Source: Solirubrobacterales bacterium (GTDB taxonomy: Bacteria > Bacillota > Syntrophomonadia > Syntrophomonadales > DTU052). Taken from it: a stretch of DNA of 64,000 nucleotides. Shown piece after piece: positions 44,972-53,172 of the stretch; position 1 is the stretch's first letter; each line of letters starts with the position of its first letter. A model generated the notes under the pieces. The model made no database searches. It had not been told where the DNA came from and saw only the letters and a list, made by a program, of their open reading frames with translations. The stretch lies in assembly GCA_050258755.1 (NCBI GenBank), contig JBLMZI010000009.1, positions 6,006 through 70,005 on the forward strand, given 5' to 3'. The position numbers were made by a program, and so were the translations under genes.

Positions 44972-47617
44972 CTAATTCGTTTTCTCGGTGACCGCGTCCG
45001 GGTTAAATCGGGGCAGCGTAACCAAAAAAACACTCCCCTGTCCGACCGTTGATTCAACTGAAAACTGTCCGCCATGGTGATCGATGATCAGTTTGCTGAT
45101 CGGAAGCCCCAGCCCGGTGCCGCGCGGTTTGCCGGTCAAAGTATCCCCCGCCTGCTTGAATTTATCAAATATCTGCGCCTGATCGGCCGGATCAATCCCG
45201 ATCCCGGTGTCTTCCACCCGCAGCATGATCGTGTCCCCGAGCCGACCGGCGGTAATATCCACATAACCCCGATCGGTGAATTTGGCGGCATTGGAAAGCA
45301 GATTGATGATGACCTGGATCAGCCGGTCCCGGTCCCCATAAATCGGCGGCAGTTCCTTGGACACTTCCACCCGCAGTTCAACACCTTTCTCCAGGAAAAG
45401 CGGCATCGTGGCTTCTATCGCCCGTTCGACCAGTTCGGACGGCAAGACCGGTTCCATGCGCCAATCGGCTCCGCCGGCTTCCATTTTAGCAAGGTCGAGC
45501 ACATCGTTAATCAAGGCGGTCAGACGAGTCCCTTCAAGCACAATAATCCGCGTGTTCTCCATCACCTGATCCATCGCCCGCTGGACTCGGGGATCTGACA
45601 GATTGATATGCGGGAAGACCACATTCTCCAGCCGGTTCTTAATCAGCTTGGCAAAACCCAGCACAGCGGTCAGCGGTGTACGCAGTTCATGAGAGACGTT
45701 GGACAGAAAATCGGTTTTCAGCTTGTCCAGTTGGGTCAATTTCTCGTTTGATTCAATGAGCGCCTGCTCCATCCGCTTGATCCGGGTGATATCCCGAAGC
45801 GATTCGATCGCACCGACCAGTTCGCCATTCGCGTTGCGAAGCCCGACCGCAGCCACCAGCAGATAGGCTTCCTCACCCAGCAGGTTGGGAATGTACACCT
45901 GTCCCAGGATAACATTGCCACGGGCTTCGTCCGGTTCGAAAACCTCTTCCAGTTCCCGGCTTGGATCAAGCACCTGGTCGATCAGCATGGTCCGATGTTC
46001 GCCATAAAAAGCGAGGGCGTATTCCCGCTCGGTTTTCCCGAGCATGCGGTCGGCCGAATAACCGGTCATTTCCTCCAGGGAACGGTTCCAGGCAATGACC
46101 CGGCCTGCCCGGTCGATGACGAACATCGCATCCGGGAAAAAATCGATGATTTCGGCAAGCCGCCGTTCCGATTCATACAAGGCCTCTTCAGCCCGTTTCC
46201 GCTCGGTAAAATCCCGCACACTGCCAACCATGATGCTGCCGCCGGGGCCCTCACCGACCACCAGCTTCGAATTGATTTCTGACCAGATGGGCAGGCCGCT
46301 GCTTTTAATCATGCGGAAAACAACGCCGGACATATGAAGGTCAGAGCTGCTGAACGCCTGATTGATGGCGTTGAAAACCATTTCGCGGTCGTCCGGGTGA
46401 ATGTACCAGAAAAACGGAGTTCCAATCAGTTGATCGGCGCTGTCATATTCGAGCATGCGGACACCCGCTGAATTGACCGATATCAACCGTCCCTTTTCGT
46501 CCACGGCATAGATGAGGTCCGGGGAATATTCAACCAGATTCCGATAGCGCTCTTCACTGATCACGATGTCGCGCTGGTATTTTTCCAGGGTGCTCATCAT
46601 GGTATTGATGTTATCCGCCAGATTGGCGAGTTCGTCATGCCCTTCCACTCGGATGCGGCGGCTTAAGTTTCCGGTTTGGCCAACAATGGTTACGGTATCG
46701 TTCAAGTCGGCCAACCGGGACAAAACCACCCGGTTCTGGAAGAACAAATTCCCGATCCCCAGGACCAGCGCACTCAAGCAGATCAAGGTGACAAACACGA
46801 TGATGGCCCTGCGCCCCTGAATGGTCACTTCCCGCGGCATGGTTACGCGTAAAACCGTCGCCGGTCCCCCATAGACGTCATTCAGGAAAACATGGCCGCT
46901 GATGAGCTGGCGGTTCAGCACCTGAACGTAGATAGGTTGGCTGCCGCTCAGTTTTGACAAGACCGCTGCCCTAGGCAAGGCCGACGCCTGCTTTGGCATC
47001 AGCCTGATCTTCAACTGGGTCGTTTGTTCCATATCAGCGATATAGTCTGGATCAATAAAGCGGCCAATGACCACGGTTCCGCGAATGGGTCCCTCTCCCT
47101 CACTGGTCAGAATCGGCCGGCTGGAGATGATCATCAATCCTTCCGGCAGTTGAAGCAATCCCTGATTGACGCCTTCTTCGCCGGAAAACGCGAGGAGTCG
47201 GCTGCCCGGTTCCAATTGATGCCGCAATGACTCCGGAACGTCTATTTTGCGGTTGCTATTGAGGTCAAAACCCTGGAGGTAAACCGGTATCCCATTGAGA
47301 TCGAAAAAGCCAAAAACGCTGGCTCCAAGTTGTTCGAAGGTGGTATCGACAAGGTTGGAACGAACATAGGCCGGATCGCCTGTGGCAATGAATTCAACCG
47401 TATCATTCCACATGGCATAATCGGCGATTTTACGGGTCAGGTTTTCCTGCCGGTTGGAAAGTTCACTGAGGACGCGATTGACATCGCGCAGGACGGTTTG
47501 TTCTTCGAGGGTTTCAAAGCTCTGCCACAGGACGAAGTAAAGTACCAGCACAATCGCACAGATCAATGCCAGGGTGGTTAATCCGATAAACGCGAGGACC
47601 TTTTCCCGGACCGTCAT
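44972..47617 (-). CDS. sensor histidine kinase: TM-CHASE4-like-TM-HAMP-PAS x2/3-HisKA-HATPase
   Basis: Track ORF 44972..47722. I prefer ATG 47615-47617, with GAGGGG 9 nt upstream. The sensor region carries DYAMWNDTVEFI. The H-box is SHELRTPLTAVLGF, and the N/G boxes are NLLSNAAKFT, EDTGIGI and GTGLGL. No response regulator gene is adjacent. Confidence 0.85.
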   Translation of the reverse strand: MTVREKVLAFIGLTTLALICAIVLVLYFVLWQSFETLEEQTVLRDVNRVLSELSNRQENLTRKIADYAMWNDTVEFIATGDPAYVRSNLVDTTFEQLGASVFGFFDLNGIPVYLQGFDLNSNRKIDVPESLRHQLEPGSRLLAFSGEEGVNQGLLQLPEGLMIISSRPILTSEGEGPIRGTVVIGRFIDPDYIADMEQTTQLKIRLMPKQASALPRAAVLSKLSGSQPIYVQVLNRQLISGHVFLNDVYGGPATVLRVTMPREVTIQGRRAIIVFVTLICLSALVLGIGNLFFQNRVVLSRLADLNDTVTIVGQTGNLSRRIRVEGHDELANLADNINTMMSTLEKYQRDIVISEERYRNLVEYSPDLIYAVDEKGRLISVNSAGVRMLEYDSADQLIGTPFFWYIHPDDREMVFNAINQAFSSSDLHMSGVVFRMIKSSGLPIWSEINSKLVVGEGPGGSIMVGSVRDFTERKRAEEALYESERRLAEIIDFFPDAMFVIDRAGRVIAWNRSLEEMTGYSADRMLGKTEREYALAFYGEHRTMLIDQVLDPSRELEEVFEPDEARGNVILGQVYIPNLLGEEAYLLVAAVGLRNANGELVGAIESLRDITRIKRMEQALIESNEKLTQLDKLKTDFLSNVSHELRTPLTAVLGFAKLIKNRLENVVFPHINLSDPRVQRAMDQVMENTRIIVLEGTRLTALINDVLDLAKMEAGGADWRMEPVLPSELVERAIEATMPLFLEKGVELRVEVSKELPPIYGDRDRLIQVIINLLSNAAKFTDRGYVDITAGRLGDTIMLRVEDTGIGIDPADQAQIFDKFKQAGDTLTGKPRGTGLGLPISKLIIDHHGGQFSVESTVGQGSVFLVTLPRFNPDAVTEKTN

Positions 47618-47803
47618 CCACGAAGCCCCTCTTTCATCGAGATCATTGCGCCTAATACTTTCTCGCGTCATCCCGCCAAATCCTCTTCCAAACCTGAAAA
47701 TTCGAGCGGAAATACCTGGCAATCATTGCCTGCGTCACAAAACAGTACGCCGCGATCTTTCACGATCGCGGCGTAGCTCATTGGTTAATAGAACCAGTTT
47801 CGC

Positions 47804-49732
47804 CTAGTGACGGGCTCCTTCGGCATACATGCTTTCAATGGTTTCCTTCCAGTTTTTCTGGATAACCCGTTTCTTGGTCTTCTGGGTCGGTGTCAGCTCG
47901 TCGGTTTCTTCGGTGAAACGCCGCGGGATGATCGCGTAGGCTTTCACCACCTCGAATTCCTCCAGCTGACTGTTGGCCTGGGCCACGTCGGCCGCGACCA
48001 GTTCCTGCAGCAGCGGAATCTGAACAAAATCATCCCCGACTTCGACACACATCGGCGCACCCGTCGCGTATGAATACTTGACCTTGCTCTTGTCATACGG
48101 AACATTCTGCTTGTCGAAAAGCTCGATGAAATAATTGAAGTCCGGCACCAGCAAGGCGCTCATGTAATTGCGCTCGTCTCCGACCGGGAAAACCTGCTCG
48201 ACAACCGCACTGGTCGCAAACAGATTCTCGATCTTGGCCGGCGCGACGTTCTTTCCGGTATACAGGCAGATAATCGCCTTCTTCCGGTCGACAATCCGGT
48301 AATAGCCATCCACATCCATTTCCACGATGTCGCCGGTCTTGAACCAGCCATCTTCGGTAAAAGATTCGGCCGTTTCCTCGGGTTTATTCAGGTATTCCTT
48401 GAACACTCCCGCGCCGCTGATTTCATACTCGCCATCCGGTGCCATGCGGCCCACGCTGCCATTGGCCGGCGGCCCCACATAGCCTGGCTTGCAGGCGGTG
48501 ATCGGGTTCAGGTTGCAGGCATTAAACGATTCGGTCGAACCAAAGCCCTCCAGTACCGGGAAGCCCAGTACATAGAAGAAGCGAAGCAAGTCAGGTGAAA
48601 TCCCCGCCGAGGCCGAAAACGCGAACCGGAACCGGTTCCCGAACAAAGCCCTAACTTTGGCGAACAGTTTGTCGGCGATCGCGTATTTGAATTTCAGGAC
48701 CGGCGGCAGGACCGTGCGCACGTCGAAATTGGGCGACATGTTGACCCGGCCGAGCTTGTCGGTCTTGTACTTTAACACCTCATACCCGACCTTTAACGCC
48801 CAGTCGAACATTTTCTTCTTCATCGGGTTGTCGGCCATCTGCTTGTTCAGGGTAATGTAAATCTTCTCGTACAGCCGCGGCACGCAGTTGAACCAGGTCG
48901 GATTGTATTTCTGCATATCCGCCAAAATGGTGGACGGGTTGTCTGCGTATGCAATCGTGGCACCCTGCCAAATCGCCATCCACTGGCAGGAACCGCGGTC
49001 AAAGATGTGCGACAGCGGCAGAAACGAGAGCGTTAGGTCGTTTTCATCCACCAGCATCCCAAACGGTTTGAAATAGTCATAGACGCCGCGCATTCGCTCA
49101 GAGGCATTCTTATGGCTCAGGACAACCCCTTTTCCCTGTCCGGTGGTTCCGGAAGTGTATAGTATGGTCGCCCAGTCCTCCAGCTTGATGGCTTTCCAGC
49201 GCTTCTCATAAACTTCGGCGTGGTCTTTCATATAAGCCCGGCCCATTTCCATCAGTTGGGTCAGACCGATGATCCGCTCATCTTTGCTTTCGTATTGAAT
49301 ATCGAGCATGATGACCTTCTGCACCGTCGGCATTTTATCCAGCCCGGGCTTGATCCGGGCGAGGATCTGCTCGTTCCCGATTAACAGGTAACGGGATTCG
49401 GAATCGTTCACAATATAGTCGACCTCGTGCAGAGAAAGTGTGGGATAAATCGTAACCAGCACAGCACCGCAGTCCAGAGTCGCACAATCGGCCTGCGTCC
49501 AATACGGGCTGCTCGGCGACATAATCGCGACCCGCTCCTTTGGCTCAATCCCAAGCGACAGCAGTCCGCCGGCGATCGCTTCCACCCGTTCCCGCATCTG
49601 ACTCCAGGTGAACTGGCCGCCGCCATCACCATGGTACAGTTCCGGATTGAACATCTGCGCGATCCGATCCGGAAACTGGTTGGCCGTGTGATTGAATGCC
49701 TCACACATCGTCGGGAAGTCTTTGACTTGCAT
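47804..49732 (-). CDS. AMP-forming acyl-CoA synthetase (long-chain-fatty-acid-CoA ligase-like)
   Basis: 642 aa. ILYTSGTTGQGKGV (AMP-binding core), GWFKTGD and YRIVDRKK are present. Confidence 0.85.
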   Translation of the reverse strand: MQVKDFPTMCEAFNHTANQFPDRIAQMFNPELYHGDGGGQFTWSQMRERVEAIAGGLLSLGIEPKERVAIMSPSSPYWTQADCATLDCGAVLVTIYPTLSLHEVDYIVNDSESRYLLIGNEQILARIKPGLDKMPTVQKVIMLDIQYESKDERIIGLTQLMEMGRAYMKDHAEVYEKRWKAIKLEDWATILYTSGTTGQGKGVVLSHKNASERMRGVYDYFKPFGMLVDENDLTLSFLPLSHIFDRGSCQWMAIWQGATIAYADNPSTILADMQKYNPTWFNCVPRLYEKIYITLNKQMADNPMKKKMFDWALKVGYEVLKYKTDKLGRVNMSPNFDVRTVLPPVLKFKYAIADKLFAKVRALFGNRFRFAFSASAGISPDLLRFFYVLGFPVLEGFGSTESFNACNLNPITACKPGYVGPPANGSVGRMAPDGEYEISGAGVFKEYLNKPEETAESFTEDGWFKTGDIVEMDVDGYYRIVDRKKAIICLYTGKNVAPAKIENLFATSAVVEQVFPVGDERNYMSALLVPDFNYFIELFDKQNVPYDKSKVKYSYATGAPMCVEVGDDFVQIPLLQELVAADVAQANSQLEEFEVVKAYAIIPRRFTEETDELTPTQKTKKRVIQKNWKETIESMYAEGARH

Positions 49733-50123
49733 TGGTGTTTACCCTCCTTGTCCTTCGCTTAACCTTCCAAGCCTTAGGCTGATATCCCCGTTTCGACATA
49801 CTCAAACCCGGAAGTTTCAAAACCTGATTCGATCCTTCCGGTTATTTATCAAAGAATTCTAACAGTTCCACTACTATAAATTTCGACTTCGAAAGACCGA
49901 AATCCTTTTTTGCCAAACCAGGCCAGCTCGGGCAAAACAAAGCTGGTTTTCGCCCCAATTCAGGCATTTATAAGCCTTTTCCGCAAAGTAATCCACAAAA
50001 AAAATTTTTTTCTTCGGAATATCCGCGGCATAATAGCTTGGCTTTCGGCAGACCGGGCGGTCAGTTTTATTGTGGTGAAACGTTATCGGCCGTAATGCTT
50101 TAGGGCTAATCCGTTCGAGGATG

Positions 50124-50184
50124 CTGGCGGGACGGTGGGGCGTGGCCCGCTCAGGACTCCAGCCTGCCCCACCGTCCCAGCCAG
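50124..50184. other. long GC-rich inverted repeat (18-19 bp arms, 24-nt loop)
   Basis: ctggcgggacggtggggc (50124-50141) pairs with gccccaccgtcccagccag (50166-50184) with one bulged base. There is no adjacent U-run. It lies in a 530-nt intergenic region. Confidence 0.6.
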
Positions 50185-50207
50185 ATAGCTTTATCTACCC
50201 GGATCAT

Positions 50208-50238
50208 GAGAAAAAGACCGGGCTTTAACCCGGTCTTT
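50208..50238 (-). terminator. intrinsic terminator after the HK / REC-RelE-like operon
   Basis: In the minus sense, aaagaccggg-ttaaag-cccggtcttt is followed by ttctcat. Confidence 0.75.
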
Positions 50239-50265
50239 ACGCCTATTGAGATCATATAAATGCGA

Positions 50266-51027
50266 TCACACTTTGTGGGTGTGGTTGAAATCGATCCATT
50301 TGATCAGCGGTTTTTCATCCTTGCGGTACTGGACGAATACGCGTCCTTTGTGGGAGAAACGGTACTCCCAAACGTTTTCATCCTTCATGTGCCGGTAGAT
50401 CTTCGCATGCATGCTCTCGGTCGGTTTCATCCGCCAATCGATAGTTTTCAAGACCTTGAGCACCCGCTCGTCCATCCGGCTGTCGATCAGTGTGGCCAGA
50501 GCGCCGGTTGTGAATTCCACATCGGAGAAAACGCGTTCAACCGCCTTTTTGATGTCCGTGTCCAATTTGCCATCAACCATGGTTTCCACCATTTCGGCAT
50601 ACTCGGCCAGGTCATCGATCTGGCTCAAAAGCCCCGTCCAGGCTTCCTTTTTGTGCAATGCAGAGCGAATATGGATGATGAGGCTGTTTTCCGAGACCGG
50701 TTTGGGCAGGTAATCGATATGGTAGACCGTCGCTTCTCCGATCAGATCCGGATCGTTCTCCGCGGTCATCAATAAGACCGGGATCGACGGCGCATATTCT
50801 CTGATCTTCGGAAGGGCTTCAATGCCGCTTTCGCCCCCTTCGAAATGGACGTCCAGCAAGAGGACGTCAAGCCCATACGGCTCGTCATAAAGATAATCCT
50901 TTAAACTTGAGGTGTCGTAAAAATGCTCGATTTTCGCATTGGGAAAAGCTTTGGCCGCAAGGCGGTCCAGCCCGTCATGAACATAATGTTCGTCGTCCGC
51001 AACCCCGATGATGACTTTTTCCCCCAC
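50266..51027 (-). CDS. response regulator: receiver domain fused to a RelE/ParE-toxin-like C-terminal domain
   Basis: 253 aa. REC residues: D11-D12, D59 (LLLDVHF), T88 (LLMTAEN), K109 (YLPKP). The C-terminal ~90 aa, VEFTTGALATLIDSRMDERVLKVLKTIDWRMKP..KIYRHMKDENVWEYRFSHKGRVFVQYRKDEKPLIKWIDFNHTHKV, follows the RelE/ParE pattern. The gene starts 2 nt after the upstream kinase gene. Confidence 0.6.
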   Translation of the reverse strand: MGEKVIIGVADDEHYVHDGLDRLAAKAFPNAKIEHFYDTSSLKDYLYDEPYGLDVLLLDVHFEGGESGIEALPKIREYAPSIPVLLMTAENDPDLIGEATVYHIDYLPKPVSENSLIIHIRSALHKKEAWTGLLSQIDDLAEYAEMVETMVDGKLDTDIKKAVERVFSDVEFTTGALATLIDSRMDERVLKVLKTIDWRMKPTESMHAKIYRHMKDENVWEYRFSHKGRVFVQYRKDEKPLIKWIDFNHTHKV

Positions 51028-51029
51028 GC

Positions 51030-52265
51030 TTATCCCCCCCTTACGATCGGCAGCACAATCGTGGTGCGTGCGCCGGTGAGCCCGTCTTCGGTATCATAGT
51101 TGGCGGCTTGAATCCGCCCCCCCATTAATTGGATATAAAACGCCACCCACATGGTGCCTTCCCCTATACGGCCCGGACGGTTCGGATCTGAACTCCGGAC
51201 CGGGTTGACGTACATCTCGTACAGGATATCACGGGGAAACCCCCCGCCGTTATCCGAAATCTCAATTATGAGTTCCGCGGCGTCTCTGGATGCGGCAAAG
51301 TCCATCGAGATAATTCCTTGATAGGGCTGTTCCAGTTCGCGCATCAGATCACGCATCTGCGCGATGGCACGGGCCGAGTTCGTAATAATGTTGTACAGGA
51401 CTTCGTTATAAAACTGGCGGACGTTTAATTCGAGACACAAATGCGATCCGGAGAGTACCTCAGGCAGGTCGCTATACAGAAATTCATACGCCCGCGACCG
51501 GGTGACAGATGGCGGAAGCTCGTCCAGCAGCGCCTGATGAAACCTGGCAATCGGCATGACCTCGTCAACTGCCCCGGTGACCTCGCCGAGCTTGGACAAC
51601 TCGTCCAGAATAATCTGTTCAAACGGCTGCACAACCTCAGAATAAACCATCAGAAGAATGTCGTCCTCATCCCGCAATGACAGATCGCTGTCGCGGAACT
51701 GGGCAAAACGGTTTTTTAACCGATGAATGAAGCTTCGGCTGCGGGATTCCCAATTCAACTCCAAATCCTGCAGGTTGTTCCGGCTGGCCGCCACGCTGCG
51801 CTCCACCGAGCGGCGGACCTTGTTGCTCATTGCCACCATGTTGGCCATAGCCAGCTCCTCGCGCAGTAAACGTTCCCGACGGTCAGAAGGCGATTCGATC
51901 CAATAGAGTATGAAAAACAGGATTAGGTTCAGCAACTCAACAGCGTGCTCCCAGTTGTCACGATAGGAAATTAAAAAAAGAATCTCAAAGTTCCACATGA
52001 TGGTGACCAGAACCAGGGTTTTGCGGCCACCGTACAGCCAGGAAAGAAAGATCGCGCCCATGATACCCAGTGTGTAGAAGAGCACGAAGGAACTGACTAC
52101 ACCGCCGATGACCGGCTTGGCCATTAAGGCCCTGAACCCGGGCCAGGTGAACAGTAAAGTCAGAATCACCACGCCAATGAAGGTTCCGGTGATAAAGATT
52201 TGATTATGATAGAGGCTGTCCATCAGCCGTGATATCCATCGTTTGGAAAGGCTCAATCCAATCAC
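51030..52265 (-). CDS. membrane histidine-kinase-like protein (4-5 TM plus atypical H-box plus GHKL ATPase)
   Basis: 411 aa. The candidate H-box FIHRLKNRFAQF resembles the HisKA_2 HRxKN. N-box NIITNSARAI, G1 EISDNGGGFP, G2 GRIGEGTMW. Confidence 0.6.
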   Translation of the reverse strand: MIGLSLSKRWISRLMDSLYHNQIFITGTFIGVVILTLLFTWPGFRALMAKPVIGGVVSSFVLFYTLGIMGAIFLSWLYGGRKTLVLVTIMWNFEILFLISYRDNWEHAVELLNLILFFILYWIESPSDRRERLLREELAMANMVAMSNKVRRSVERSVAASRNNLQDLELNWESRSRSFIHRLKNRFAQFRDSDLSLRDEDDILLMVYSEVVQPFEQIILDELSKLGEVTGAVDEVMPIARFHQALLDELPPSVTRSRAYEFLYSDLPEVLSGSHLCLELNVRQFYNEVLYNIITNSARAIAQMRDLMRELEQPYQGIISMDFAASRDAAELIIEISDNGGGFPRDILYEMYVNPVRSSDPNRPGRIGEGTMWVAFYIQLMGGRIQAANYDTEDGLTGARTTIVLPIVRGG

Positions 52266-52324
52266 CTTCTCCCTGGAAACTCAATTCGTCTTCGCATGCC
52301 GCCACCGGGCATCCTGCTTTGGTT

Positions 52325-52354
52325 GAACCAAAAGAGCGGCTGTTGGGCCGCTCT
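52325..52354 (-). terminator. probable intrinsic terminator after lipoprotein gene
   Basis: In the minus sense, agagcggc-ccaaca-gccgctct is followed by tttggtt. The stem is short. Confidence 0.5.
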
Positions 52355-52380
52355 GAAGGTTGCTGGAGTACCGAAGATTC

Positions 52381-52956
52381 CTACATATCAAGCTGTTTCT
52401 TCAATGAAGCAAGTTCCTTCCGAAACGTGCCTTTGATCTCTTTTTGATACTTGACTTTCAGTGCAGCGTCCGGTGTATGGGATGAATCATAACAGAAATT
52501 GTACAGTCGAGCGCTCGCATGTTGATACAAACCCCTGACCTGCTGGTATTGCGCTTCCTTTTTCTCACTGGCTGTCAGCGAGAACTCGGTTAAGGAATCG
52601 GTTTCCCGGTTCAAGGGCTCCATCTCATTCTGGATAGTTTGAAGGTCTTCGACAAACCGGTTTACATCAATTTTCCCGGATTCCCATTGGCTATAAGATT
52701 CGTCCACACGGTCGGCGTACGATTCCAACTGGGATGTCCAGCGCATGTATGTCCCGCGAAATGGATCAAGCCCCTTAACAACCTTGACGGTCGGTTCATT
52801 CTGCTGGGCCGGTTCCGAAGTGCTCGGTCCGGGCGTGTATTGGTTTCCGGACGGAGCGGGGTTGGTATTTTTCTTGGTGCATCCAACCGCTAAAACAGCA
52901 ATCAGCGTCAATACGATGAACAGGATGGACAGTTTTTTCTGCATCTTTACTTGCAT
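52381..52956 (-). CDS. lipoprotein, helical, unknown function
   Basis: Track ORF 52381..53070. The start is probably ATG 52954-52956 or 52942-52944. The signal plus lipobox is LTLIAVLAVGC. The mature part is helical and Q/E/K-rich. Confidence 0.55.
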   Translation of the reverse strand: MQVKMQKKLSILFIVLTLIAVLAVGCTKKNTNPAPSGNQYTPGPSTSEPAQQNEPTVKVVKGLDPFRGTYMRWTSQLESYADRVDESYSQWESGKIDVNRFVEDLQTIQNEMEPLNRETDSLTEFSLTASEKKEAQYQQVRGLYQHASARLYNFCYDSSHTPDAALKVKYQKEIKGTFRKELASLKKQLDM

Positions 52957-53172
52957 CCCCCTTTCTTCCCCATATTGTAATAGAAGCGCCCGGTGGAAGT
53001 AAACCGCCGGGCCAGGCCCAGGAAAGGAACTTTCTGCTTTCCCCGCGGAACGCTGTTCTCTTATTTCCAACCTTGTGAAGGAGAAAGTCGAATTACGTCG
53101 AAAATCGAAAGAGATACACTACCAGATGCGCTATTCAATGCTGCTCGCCGTCACAACCGGAGGGATCGTTTC

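Noticed and set aside
49910-50095. 61-aa plus-strand ORF in the large intergenic region upstream of the acyl-CoA synthetase gene.
   Set aside because: There is no RBS. The product is basic and low-complexity, and the ORF spans the A8T7 tract. It is probably non-coding.
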